A stretch of 64,000 nt of DNA from Piromyces finnis finn (lineage: Eukaryota > Fungi > Neocallimastigomycota), in assembly GCA_002104945.1 (NCBI GenBank), contig MCFH01000006.1:434001-498000 (forward strand), in the 5' to 3' direction. Each line of letters starts with the position of its first letter. Within the stretch, counting starts at the first letter, position 1. Below are positions 39,764 to 58,799 of the stretch, piece by piece. The notes below the pieces were generated by a model. That model was not told where the DNA came from. It worked only from the letters and a program-made list of their open reading frames with translations, and did no database searches. Made by a program: the position numbers and the translations under genes.

Positions 39764-42700
39764 ATGTTTCGATTAAACAAATTTTGGCAACAGCCTTTAC
39801 CTAATGATGAAGATGAATCTAGCAGCCAAAAAGTTTTTAAAAATAATTTCTATATAAATGGTGGAATGATACTAGCAGAACTAATTGAAAATGGACCATG
39901 TAATATTTCTCATTAAAAATTGTATTTAATAGATTCTTCAAAATTAAACACTGATAAATATATTAATTCATATAAGTCTAATATAAATATTTTTATAATA
40001 ATAATAAAAAAGTAAATATTATAACCGGTTGTTTTGACGGTATTATTCGAATATATTGTCCTCATGGTCGTGAATATGTTCCTCATGATCTACAGTTAGA
40101 AAAGAGATTAGAACAACCAATTTTAGGATTGGGTTTTTCTGATTTTATAAAGTAATACTCCTAATAAATTATTTTTCAATAAAAATTAGTACTGAATAAA
40201 TAATAATATAATATGTTATATAAATAAATAGTAAAAATGAAAATATATTAGCAATTCTTCATCCAAATGAAATTAGTTATCATTCAATAATAGGTATAAT
40301 TAATTAAATTTATATAGTAAAAATTATTAAATAAAATTGAGATTAATATGAAAATAATAATAAATAATAATAATATATATATTAGTGATAGAAGGTTTAG
40401 ATATACACGGAGTTCAATTTGATATAAAAAAAATTAGTTCTGTTTCTCTTCCTTCTAAAGCAATATCCTTCTTCTATGAAAATTTCTTTAATAGTGGTAA
40501 AAAAAAAGGATTATCTTTGATGAAAATTACTATTATAATTATTATTATGATATATATATTGTTTATTAAAAATAATCTACTTTGTTACTTACTGTAATAA
40601 AACTAACTAATAATAAAAGATAAAGCATTATTATGCGTCCAACTATTTAATGGAAATATAATATTCATAAATGGTGAACAAATATATTTTGAAAAAAACC
40701 TTCCAAATGCCTTGCTTTATTACCCGATTAAATATATTCCATATAATGACACATTTTTAATTAATACCTTATCATTTCAATTAATGTGTTTAAAGTTTGG
40801 AACGGTAATTGATGAAAAACAAAAACAAAAATCACTTAAGCAATCTATCATACAAAACAATTTAGAACCTCAAGTATGTAAATAATAAAATTTTAAAATT
40901 TCAATAAAATTAAAAAAATACTAAAATATATAAATTATGCAGGTACTATGGAGTTGCTTAATAGGTGAAAGTATATCTAATATATGTATTTCTAAAAAAT
41001 ATGAAAAAAATCAAGACGGACCTAAACTCATTGCTCTTGGTATTTTTAAATATATATAAATATATTTCTTTTCAAGTTATAAATAATAAATATATTATAT
41101 ATATTACCTTATAGGAACAACATCTTTATTCTTTATATCACATAAAGGTGAATTATTATCATCTATAAAATTTGATAGTACCCCAACAAATTTTTACTTA
41201 TACCCAGTATATAAGAGTATATTATAATATTCATACTATATATTATTTTATGTATCAATTGATCAATTATTTATATTTTTATTTTTATTAAATAAAATAA
41301 CAGACGATCAATTATTGAGAGAAAACCTTATGGTTGTAACCTTATCAAATCACTTATTAATATATAGTTCTCATAAATTAGTTTGGACTGCAAAATTAGA
41401 AAAAAAAATAGTTAATATCGCTGTTGCAAAAATAAAGTTAGTTCTTCTATCTTTTATAATTTTGTTTTTTATTGTATTATTAAGATTTATCTCCATTAAA
41501 AAATTAATTTTTTCAAAAAAAAAAAAAAAGTGATATACCAGGAATGATAATAACATTAGATATTAATGGTCAAGTGGAAATATGCTATTTGGGAACAAAT
41601 ATATACACAACACCATTACAACAAATAGAAGTAGATAAAGATTATAAAGAAATGGAAAATGAAATGAAGGATTTAACAGAATTGATAGATAAATATTCAA
41701 AAAGTATGTATATTAATTTTAATATAATAACAAAATTCTTAAAAAAAAATAAAAACATTAATGCTTACGTAAAATATTTAGATGAATATATACAAAAAAA
41801 AGAACATTCATTAATCACTATTGATACTCACATTCCTTCCATAATAAATAAATCAATGGTAAATATAAATATAGCAATGAAATATATTAAATAAACTTTC
41901 AAATATAATAACAGTTTAAAAATATAGAGTAAGGCACCTTCAGATTCAATATCACCATTATATGAAGTTGAATTTATTATAAAAAGCACAGCAAATTTTT
42001 CAATTCATAATATTAAATTACTGTTATCTCCTGTTGAACCAATTGTTGCAGTAAAGCCATGTCAAATTATTGACACAATATGTAATTAAATATTATGTAT
42101 AAATATATACATATGTTATTTAAGCAATATTAATAATGTATAATCTCATTATTATATTCATAGCGAACGGGAAAATAACAGTTCCTGTAATGTTTTATGT
42201 GAAAGATCATATGCCATGTAATTTAGACTGTCAAGCATCAGTAATATATTCCTTACCAAATTCTGGTAATACTTAAATTATAAAGTATTAAAATTGAAAT
42301 CTTTTATTAATCCAATTATTTTCAATTATAATATTAATAGATGAAACTCAAACAGTAAATTGTTCTTTCAAATTCCCTATAATAATATGTGGAGAGTTAG
42401 CTGCACCATCAAAAGATAATAAGTATAAAGTAAGCGAATGATTAATATATAATTAATTTGGCATCCAATATAATATTTATATTAATATTTATATTGCTAA
42501 TAAGTTAACCGTTGAAACAAATTTACCAATTGTATTATTACCTGAGATGTATAAAGGTAAATTTTTATTATTCCATAAATTTAATGATTAATTAAAAGAC
42601 TAATGATTTTCTTCAATTAGATATATGTCCAAAAGAGGGTGTGATACCAAAATATATGAATAAAAATATTGTAGGATTTAAATATTGGAATAAAATGAAT

Positions 42701-43848
42701 GCAACAATAAATGGATCAACCAGAAGAGGTAGTTTATACATATTAATGTATTTATTCTTTATAGATATATAAAACTTAATAAAAATTTAATACTTAATTA
42801 TAGCGAGATATAGAATATCATCGAATTATATTGAAGCAATATATCTTTTATTATTGGATATGAAAAATAGAATAAAACAAATATCAAAGTAACATTACTG
42901 AAATAATAAAAAAATATTATTTACTTTTTCTTTTTTAAGCAATTTAATAAATATTAAAAATTATTATTTATAGAGAAAAAATGACAGAAGAACTTGATAT
43001 AAAATATCAAGAATCTTATGAATTTGATGACTATATTCCATATTTTGATGATTTGATAAATGTATATAATAATTTAACAAACTTGTAATATATATTGTAT
43101 ACTATTAGACAAAATATTTAATCATCCCTAAATTTATATGCTATATTATTAAATTATATAATATTTAGAAAAATGAAAAATTAATCATGCTGACAGACGA
43201 CATTAATAATAAAACTTTACAATATAAAGTTATTCAGAAAAAATTATTGTTACATTATAAAGATAAAATACCAGTTTCATTAATTGGTCTTCGTAGTTTA
43301 CTTGAAAAAACATATGAATCAATTCATTCAATATCAGGAGAAATAATAAATCTTAAAAAAGATATAAAGATTTCAAATTACAATTTTATATTAATATCAT
43401 ATATGTTACTAGAATTATGGAGGTAATATTATAACAACCATTTTATATATTAACAATTTTTTATAGAAACTTAAAAAATTAATGTAAAAATATTTTTTAT
43501 GCATTAAAAAAAAGTATGAAAGACTTTGCACTAAAGCACAAAGAAAATTTTGATTTATTATTGCAATCTTTTTCACCAAGACTTTTATTATTATCAGAAG
43601 AAAGTAATGACTTTTATATAGAAACTATCATTAATGTTATAAATATTATATTAAAGAAAGAAAAAGTGAAAGGTAACTAATTATAAATTAGTCTATTATT
43701 AAAATCATTTTATTCCCAATTCTAATATAAATATTATTAAGTTACCAATAATAATAAAAAAGGTTTATTTATAGAAAGCTTAAAATCACTGAATAATTAT
43801 ATGAATGAAAAAGCTTTTCTTTTTAATGAAAATGAAAATACTAATTAA
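39764..43848 (+). CDS. BBS9: Bardet-Biedl syndrome 9 protein (PTHB1), BBSome subunit, many exons
   Basis: MFRLNKFWQQPL...IITGCFDGIIRIYCP...DLQLEKELEQPIL...LAILHP...LCVQLFNG...LWSCLIGESI...LMVVTLSNHLLIYSSHKLVWTAKL...LDINGQVEICYLGT parallels the PTHB1 N-terminal propeller. Confidence 0.85.
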
Positions 43849-44190
43849 ATAAAAAAATATTATCTTTTCAAAAAAAAAAAAAAAAAAAGATATTAATTAT
43901 ATATAAGAAATAAAACTTTGATAACTTAGCATGCCCAAAAAAATATTTGATTTTTAATTTTTTTTTTTTTATTAATAATATTAATATAAATTAAAATGCT
44001 TAACTTCATAATATTAAATATTAAGAAGAAAAAAAATTTAATTAATAATTTAACAAAAATAAATTGTACTTTGTAATTTTTATAATTCGTACCATTCTAA
44101 TATAAAACTAAAAATTGAAATCCTGAAAGGTAAAATAATTTCCATTATGTCCATAGTATATATTTAAAATTTAATATCATAATTAAATTT

Positions 44191-46809
44191 TTATACTTGG
44201 AAATTTTCTGATTGAAGTAAATAATCTATATCTTCCGAAAGCCATAATTGGTCATTATTTTCGTTTAAAGAAATATCATTAGTATTAATATCAGTCAATG
44301 ATCCTAAATCTTTACTTTCATTTTCTTTTTGATTCTTTTTATCTTCATCGGGTAATGGGAATTGAGATAATTGAGTTGCCTGGTTCCAACTTGCATCATC
44401 TTCTAACCATTTCATTGTATCATTGTTATCATATAATGTATCTAAATCTTTTAAAAATTTATTACTTTGATCTTTACTTGGATCTATTTCACTAATAATT
44501 TCAGTTGATAAATCAGCAGATTCTTGTAACTTTGTCTTAGGGTTATAAAGCATTGAATCAAGAATATTTAAATTATCAACGTTTTCAATTTTAACAATAT
44601 CGTCAGTAGAGAGTATATCAATATTTTTATTTTCAGTATTTACTTCATTACTAATGGAAGATCCTATATTTGATTCATTATTTACTATTATACTATTATT
44701 CTTTACTTCATTTTGATTTTCTTTAATATTGTTATTATTATTATTATTATTATCTTGTATAATTATTGAGTCTTCTTTTGTTAGAGATGTAGAAGCAGGC
44801 ACAACAGTAGAAGTAATAGTATCAGGAGGAGTTGTAGTTGATACAATATTAGCATTAGCAATAGACGATCCTGTAGCAGCACCAGTAACGGCTACAGTTT
44901 TAACTCCTGTATTAACTTCTGTATTAGTAGTAGCATTAACTGTTTTATCTGAAGAAGTAGTTGTGGCGGCTCCGACTAACTGTCCAGTTGTTGTAGGTAG
45001 TACTGATTTCTCAATTCCTATATTTTGCTGGTTTGCTACAATAGGGTTTTGAATATTGTTATTACTATTATTATTGTTGCTGTTGTCATTATTATTATTG
45101 ATATTATTGTTATTATTTAAAGTAGCACCAATATTAATATTAGTTTGTGGCATAAGCATATTATTATTATTATTCATATTATATAAATTTTGTGTATTTT
45201 GATTTATCATACTTTCTTGTTTCATTGCAGCAGCTTTTGCTGCAACTTTTGAATTAATTGAACTATTAATAATTGCCTTAATTGGTGATGTTGGCATTCC
45301 TGTAGAAGCTAACTTACTAATATTTGCTGGATATGGTTGATTTGGTATAATAGTTGACATTGTTGGAATAGAAGAAACAATTGTTGTCAATGGAATTTTC
45401 TTTGTTAAATCAGATTTGTTATCAGGAGACATCATCATTGAATTAATTTGATTAGCTGTATTTGGAAGATTTGTTACAGATCTTGAAATTGGAGATGGTG
45501 TAATAACAGCTGCATTACTTGGGGCCAATGTTACAGTAGATGGTATTCCAGAATTAACAATATTAGTCGCTGGAATTATATTTTGATTGTATATCATTGT
45601 CGTTGCAGTTGTCGTCGGAACATTTGAAACGTAAATATTACTTTGAGGAATGGATGGAGGACTTTGGGAAGTTTGGGTTGTCTGGTAATTCATTCTATTC
45701 ATATACATTGGATTTCTTGAATTTATTGGTTGATTTTTTTGACCTGGATATGACATACTTTGAAGTGGTGACATTTGAGAATTAGAAGGATAGCTAGGTA
45801 TTGTTGGATTTGGTGCAGTAGTATAAATTGGAACTTGAGATGGCGGTTGAGTATACATTGGTGGTACAGGTGAAGTAGCTAATTGATTAGTATTTCTTAT
45901 TTGTTGTGGTTGTTGTTGAATTGGAATCATTGTATTTTGAGGAATTATTCTTTGAATACTATTAGTTTGAGCAGCTGTTGTTGTTTGAATATATGAATTT
46001 TGCATTGGCATTGGTTTAGTTGACTGAATACCTTGAGATCTTATAGAATATCCATAATTAATATTTCCCTGTTGAGTTTGTTGCAACGGAACAGATGATT
46101 GCGTTTGAGTTGTATAATCTAAAAATTATAGTAAGATTAAAATGTATTATTATATTGCATATTAATTTTAAAGACGATTTTATTATAAACCTACTCATAT
46201 TTGTAACTGGTAATTGATAAGCATTCATTGGTGGTGACATTCCGATTGGATATTGTTTCTGTTGATAAACATTGTTCATAGATGATACTGGAAGAATTGG
46301 TTTTGATGCAATATTTAACATTCCTATTGGCCTTGTTGCTCCATTTTGAATAGTATTCGAAATTGTTCCTGGTGGATATTGCATATAATATGGATGTGCT
46401 GGATCATTTGGATAATATAGTTTACTAGTTGAATCAGTTCCTAGTGGATCGTTAACATCTCTTTTTATTTTTGCACGACGATTTTGAAACCATATCTGAA
46501 TTTGTCTTGATGACATACCTAATTCTTGTGCTAATCTATTTCTTAGCACTGAATTAGGTTTTTGTGTATGTTCATATATTTCAGATAATATTCTTGTTTC
46601 TTTTTTTACAATTATATAAATACACATTTGTTAAAATATATAATATATTATTTTTATATAAACATATTATTTTTACCTTCTGGTGTTAATCTTCTCCTCC
46701 TTTTTACCTCACGATTATGTACTCCATTGCCACCTTGTTCAGATTCTTCAATTTCATCTGTAATAATTTCATCATCTCCAATTACAGCTGTGTTTTCTTG
46801 TTCAGCCAT
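44191..46809 (-). CDS. Homeodomain transcription factor with long Q/N/P/T-rich region and acidic C-terminus
   Basis: Three exons; RRRRLTPEETRILSEIYEHTQKPNSVLRNRLAQELGMSSRQIQIWFQNRRAKIKR (helix 3 WFQNRR, Q50). Confidence 0.9.
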
Positions 46810-48105
46810 ATTTTTTAATATTAATGTTATTTATAATTAAGATGACTTTTAAATTTATTTAATTTAAATTTCTATGCTTATTTTATATTTTATTGAATAA
46901 AAAATATTGATATTTTTTATTTTACAATTTTAAGCATATTATATTTTTAATTCTTTATTTTTCTTCACTGAAAAATTATCTATATAAAAAATTTATTATC
47001 AGTAATAAATTTTTTATGATTGAATAAATAATAGATATAAATATAAAAAATATATATATATATAAAGAAAATGAAAAAAAAAAAAAGAATGAAATAAAAA
47101 AAAAATATTTACTTCTTATATTTGCTTTAATACTTTAACAGTAGTATGATATTAATTAAATATAATTAATGGTTAATTTAAATAATCTGTAACTTTAATA
47201 ATCATAAATATTTCATAAAATTCATGTAATGATTGGAATTTTAATTAAATTTAAAATGTATAAAAACCATAGAATAAAGTTAATTAAAAAATTGATGAAA
47301 ATAATGGTGATTAAAATTTCTTAATTAAAAGGAATATATTTAATTATTTGAATTTTTTAAACTTATAAATAAATTAATAATAGCATATATTTACCAACAA
47401 TAACAAAAGTTCCGAATTCTTTATCCAATAGTATTAAAATTACAAAACTATCAAATTAACTTTACATTTTAAATTAAATACTAAATTTAGATATAATTAT
47501 CAAATAAAGAAATGATTTTAATATAAAATGTGTAAATTAACCAATTCAAAGTTTAATTGTACAACCTTATTTATTATAAAAAAAGGAAAATAATTTCATA
47601 AAATCAACATTAAGGTTACACAATTATTATTATATCAAAATAAAAAGCATGTTACAAATAAAATAATAATAAAAAAAAAGGAATTTTTAAATAATTTTTT
47701 ATTTTATTATTTTATTTTATACTTAAATAATTTATTTTAATAATTAAGATTATATATAATATAATATAATAATAATTAAAAAAAAAATTATATTATCGTA
47801 ATTAATATATTTACTATTTCTTTTTATGTTATATCATGTTTTTATATTATAAAATATAAGTATTGGCTTTAAAGCTATAATTTTATAATTAAAGTTTTTA
47901 TCTTGTAATTTAAATTTTATAATAATTAACTTATTATTCTTTCAAATTATTTTGCTATTGTACATTTTAAATAATAAAGTGTATTTTACATATAATAAAT
48001 TTTATAAAATGATTGGCTTAAATATACATTTATACATTATACACAAATTCAAATAGTATCATAATTTATTGATATTCATAATTATTTTATTAAGCTATAT
48101 ATATA

Positions 48106-53259
<5,154 letters not shown>

Positions 53260-53482
53260 TTTATTATTAATAAAACCACATAATAAAAAATGTATATAAA
53301 ATAATTACAATTATTACATCTTATTTATTTAAAACATTATTCTTTTTTTTTTTTTTTTTTTTTTTTTGAAATAAGTATTTAAGCATATATAAAGTTTTTT
53401 AATTTATTCTTTATTATTAATCATTATTAACATTTCGGTTATAACCATAATTATGAATAAATACTATAATTAATAATAATAA

Positions 53483-53516
<34 letters not shown>

Positions 53517-53652
53517 TAATAAAATAAAATAAAAATATGAAAATAAAAATTAAGAAAAAATATATTCTTAAAAGTTGTAATAAAGAAAATAAAAAAAAAA
53601 TTTTTTTTTTTATTTTAATATTTTGTGTTATTATTTAATTAAACTTTATCAA

Positions 53653-55258
53653 TTAATTTTTATTTTTTAATGAAAATAAGGAGGATAAAAATGAGGATTC
53701 TCGTTTAATTTTTGAATTTGATAAAGATATAGAACTATGTGAACGATTTAGATCTCTATTTAGTGAACTTGTTGAAGATCCTAAATTCAATAATTCATTT
53801 GAAAAAGTTAATTCACTAGTTTTATAATCTACTTGATAGTAATTATCAATTGAAGGGGAAGAAATAAGGGATGATAGTGTACTACTACTTAAATTAAGTT
53901 TTGATCTTGATCCATTTCTTGATGATGATAAAATATTACTTCTACTTTTAGTAAGTTTAATTTTACTTTTATTACAATCATTATTAACTGTACTTTTTGA
54001 TTTTAATCCTTTAAGATTACCATCTGAAAAGTTTAAGTTTGAACAGCTACCACTACAATATTTATTAATTGGTTGAGGTGCAGTATATGGCATTTTTGAG
54101 AAAAACACTTTAACCCTTTCTTCTTCAGATGACCAATGAGAAATGCATAATCTATATTCTAATGGTATATTAACATCATTTCTTCTAATTAATTGATTTC
54201 TTTTTTCAAAAGTTTCGAAGAACGGACCATGACAAAATGAGCACTGATGTACAGATCCTAAATATTGTTTTAATTCGTCGGAAAGATCATCTGTAATTGA
54301 AATATTTCTTCTAATAATTACTCTGGATGCTAATTCCTTAAGACTTGGAATTTCTTTTGTAAGTGAAGGAACACACGATGAATAAATTAATGGACAGTTG
54401 TTTATTAAGATTTTTTGTAAAGTTTTAATATTACATATTTCAGCTGGAATGGAAACAAGTTGGTTTGAACTTACATCTAATGTAATTAAATTCTTTAATT
54501 CTTTGAATTCTTGTTGTAGTTCCACAATATTATTGTTACTTAAATTTAATGTTTTTAACTTTTTTAGATTTTTTAATTCAATCGGTAAATAATTTATCTT
54601 ATTGTAAGCCGCTATTAAAGTGTCTAATTTTCTTAACATTCCAATTGAACTAGGTAATGTTGTTAATACGTTGTTGGAAACATTTAAAACTCGTAAATTT
54701 ATTAATAGTCCTATACTTTCCGGTATTTCTCTTAAATAATTACAACACCTATTAAAATAAATTTTATAAAAAAATATATAAATAAATTATATAATGAGAA
54801 TTTTTTTATAGCATCATTATATAATGATTTAAAAAAAAAAAAAAATAAAAAAATAACTAAAAAATTTTCTTATTTTATACTATTATGTTATATTAAATTA
54901 TTATATTAAAAATTGATTCTAAAATTTACAAATTTAGACTATTGAGCAATGTTGAAAATATAGCATTAGGAGAAATCTCTATTATTTTTTTTGAACAAAG
55001 ATTAATATTACTATAATCATCTAAATCTTCAACTTTTAAATAAGTTCTATTTGTTTCTTCTTCATATATATATTCTTCAATACTATTCTTTTGAGATATA
55101 ATTGAACTTGTAGTTATTTCACTAACAATATCGCTACTTTGTGGTGGTGCATCTTGATTATTATTACTATTATAATCAATATGTTTTTTTTCCGGTAGTG
55201 TATTATTTATAATTCCAATTACTATATTTCCATCAGACTTGCTAATTTTATTACCCAT
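53653..55258 (-). CDS. Leucine-rich repeat protein with putative N-myristoylation, BC-box-like motif and Cys/His C-terminal module (LRRC58-like)
   Basis: Two exons; MGNKISKS start; LRRs (LRVLNVSNNVLTTLPSSIGMLRKL, LKTLNLSNNNIVEL); PSLKELASRVI...LKQYLGSVHQCSFCHGPFF...PLEYRLCISHW; Ser-rich tail. Confidence 0.75.
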
Positions 55259-55799
55259 TACTAATATTATTTATATTTTTATTTTCGATATTATATATTA
55301 ATATTAAAATCAAAGTTTCATTTTTTCTTTTTTTTTTTTTTCTTGACAGATATTATAAAAGAAAATAAAATAATAATTTTGTTACAGTTACATAAGAAAA
55401 AATAATTTAAATAAATAAAATTATAATTCAAAAATTTTATTGGATAATTAATATAAATTTAATTTACATATTTATTTAATAATTATTTTATTATACAAAT
55501 TTTTTTAATAATGTTCAATATTTTTTTTTTTATAATTACTATTTTATTTATTTTTAATGTGCGATATTTTAATTGTCAATATATATTAATTATTAATATA
55601 ATTATTTATTTTCTTCAAATATTATATTAATGCTTTTAATATATTTTTATTTATTTATTTATTTAGATTTTTAGATTAGTATATATTTAATTAATGTTCT
55701 TGTTTTAAAATAACCAAAAAAAAAAAAAAAAAAAAGAAAGAAAAAATTTAGATTAAGCGAGTATAGGATAAATTTTTTATATATATTTAAAAATTTTGA

Positions 55800-57976
55800 T
55801 TAGTTATCATCATCATCCGTTTTTTCTCTGTATCTTTCAATTCCCTTATCTTCTGCACTTTCATCGATAATGCCAGCCATTTTCAAGAAGTTTCTATCAA
55901 ATTCACCGTCTGCATTTCTTAAATTAATATTATTTCTTCTTTCAGCTTCATTCTTTTCAAATTCCCAAGCCTTTTTTTGAGCTTCAAGAGATTCCTTTCC
56001 TCCGAAACCAGCAACAACAACTTCAATAATATCGAAATTCTGAGTGAAACTAGTTTCACTTGGTGTATAAGTATTCAAAAAATCAGAAAGAATATCGTAT
56101 TGGTAACCTCCTTTTTGGAAGAAGTTATTAATCCATAAACGGTGCATACCAACTTTTCCACCAAAACCAATACCGTTTTTATTGTTGCAATTAATATAAT
56201 TAGTATTTTTCTTTGTTCCTTGGCAAGATTCAAAAATTGGGTTTAATTCAAAAATAGAACATTGATTATTACCCCAATATGAATTATTAAATTTCCATGG
56301 TGGTTGAATAAATGCTCCTGTAACAACTTGTGTTGTATCTTTGACATTTGATAACTCTCCAATTATGAAAAGAGCTGTTGATCCTGGATAATAGCGAACA
56401 CATTGTTCATATCTGCTAAGACTAAAACCATCTTTAGTAGCTTGATATAAAACATCCATATTAATATGACTTTCCATACAATTATTTGGTACAAACCATG
56501 AAAAAACGAATAAATGTTCCCAAGTGATATCACAATTTAATTTAAGAAGATTATCCATATTAGCAATAATACCATTTCCTTTAACACCATTACTTAACAA
56601 ATAGATTGACTTGTTATTAGAATGATTAGTATTGAAAAGTCTGTTATATATAAAAGTGGATAATATTCTAAAAATATTAGGAACACGAGTGAAATACCAT
56701 TTACTCCAATCTTTCCATGATATCATATAATTATTTTTTTCTTCTAAAGAAGAAGACCTTATCTTCTTTGGTAATGAAAAATCTAAAGTAGATGAAATGA
56801 AAGATTCATCAATTTTAATTTCATCAGGATTGATAACTATATCATGGTCATATTTGTCAATTGTATTATAATCAAAGAAATCCTTTTTTTGACTATTATT
56901 GATTTCTTCTTTAATATTTTTATTAGAATCATGTATATTTGATAAAGTTTGTAAAACTTCATTTGGCATGTCCTTATCTAAATTTTCTTTCCATTTATTT
57001 GTCAATTTTTCAATTAATTCAGGATTAACATCCTCATTTATATTTTTTTTATTTTCTTTGTTTTTTTCTTCATGTTTTTCTTTTTCCTCTTTATTTACAA
57101 TGTCTTTTAATTTAATAATAGATAATTGATGTGCTTTTGAAATCCATGCTAAACCCAACACTATTTCTTTAATTTTACTATATAAAATGGTGACAGTATC
57201 CTCCTTACTATTTAAACCTAACAATTCGTCTAAGTCATCAGAAGTTTTATCCTCTTTGGATTTATTTTCCTTTTGATTTTCAGCCTGTTCATCCTGTAAT
57301 GAATAATAAATACAATGAATTCTTTTTTCATTTGTTAATACTTCTTCATCAAGTTTCATACAATATACAGAAACAGCAAATAAAAATTGTTCAAAATCAA
57401 GTTTATCTGTTTTTTCATATTTATTTAAATATTTTTGAATATTAGTTTCTTGTTCAAAAGCATTGACTTGTTTTTTAAGATATTTTAAGCATTTAAATGA
57501 ATGATATAATATTTTTCCAAAATTATTTAAATTATTTGGAAGTTTTAAAAATTCCTTTTTTTAAAAGATATAACAAGGAGTAAAAAAAAAAAAAAAGTTA
57601 CATATGTATATATATAAATATATATATAGATATATATGTATATGTGATAAACATTTATATAATATAATATACTTACAATGAATTTTTCCTCTTTAATTTC
57701 TCCTTGAGAAATTATTTTCTCTTCTAATTCATTATTTTGAATTTCTTTTCCTTCCTCAAATTCCAATTTTGCATCACATAAAGCTAAAAATATATTTTTT
57801 AATGCATTTTTTTCACTACTTGAAAATAATGCTAATAATGGATATCTTTCCATATATTTATTTTCTTGATTTACTTCTTTATTTTCAACCTCTTTTACAT
57901 TTTTAACCTTTTCTAATTTATTTTTTTTATCTTTTTTTACTTTTGTTTCTTTTTTTTTACTTGGTTGATTACCCAT
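55800..57976 (-). CDS. RTC5: TLDc-domain protein, Rtc5/mEAK-7-like, putatively myristoylated
   Basis: Two exons; MGNQPSKK start; TLDc motifs LYQATKDGFSLSRYE, YWGNNQCSIFELNP, GIGFGG, VVAGFGG; C-terminal QKKAWEFEKNEAERRNNINL...DRNFLKMAGII. Confidence 0.8.
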
Positions 57977-57989
57977 TTTTTATTTTTAT

Positions 57990-58033
<44 letters not shown>

Positions 58034-58090
58034 ATAAAATTATTTTTCTTCTTTTTTTAAAAAATATAAAATTTTTAAAGTAAAAAATAC

Positions 58091-58163
58091 TGCTTGAACT
58101 GGGGTTTGAACCCAGGACCTCGTCCGTGTGAAGGACGCGTGATAACCACTACACTACTCAAGC
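58091..58163 (-). tRNA. tRNA-Val (anticodon CAC), intronless
   Basis: The reverse strand folds into a cloverleaf: acceptor GCTTGAG/TTCAAGC, D-arm GTGT-AGTGGTTATC-ACGC, anticodon arm CGTCC-TTCACAC-GGACG, T-loop GTTCAAA. Confidence 0.95.
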
Positions 58164-58799
58164 ACCAATTTCTGCCCATTTTTTAATAACGAAATTAGAA
58201 AACAAGAATAATTAAAACAAAAAGTAATCTAATCCATTATTAAAATAGACTTTTTAAATCCTTTTCTTCTTTTTTTTTTTTTTATTTCTCTTTTATCATC
58301 TTTTATTATTTTTACTAAAAATAAAATAAATAAAAATAGTTAATCTGTTAGATCGTTTTATAAAAATTATAGAGTAATTTTTATCACTAATATTTAATAT
58401 ATATTCTTTTTATTGAATTTTTATATATTTTTAAAATTATTAATATATTTATTTTTTGTGTTTATTTACTTAATTTATAATATCTACATTATATATTAGG
58501 TTATATAATGCACATTAATAATATTAATAAAATAAAAACTGTTAAACATTAATAATTTAACTTAAATCTAGAAATATGTAGAATAGAATAGAATTATGTA
58601 TTACTAATATATTTAGTCATAGAATATTCTCATGATAAATAATACGCCACAATCCTTAGTATAAATAGAGAATAAATTTATGAACTATTTATGTACTTTG
58701 TAATTACCTTTTTATTAATAATATTAATAAATAAAGTTTATATTAAAAACAATATTATAAATTTTCTCAGATTAAGAGTCTCAAAACTTTCTTAATACC

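Noticed and set aside
39600-39800. RFX X-box upstream of BBS9
   Set aside because: Only a half-site (GTTGCT) is present; there is no full GTTNCC-AT-GGNAAC-like palindrome.
14507-43848. GPCR + adenylyl cyclase + BBS9 as a ciliary signalling gene cluster
   Set aside because: The genes are spread over 30 kb among unrelated housekeeping genes; there is no evidence of co-regulation or conserved synteny.
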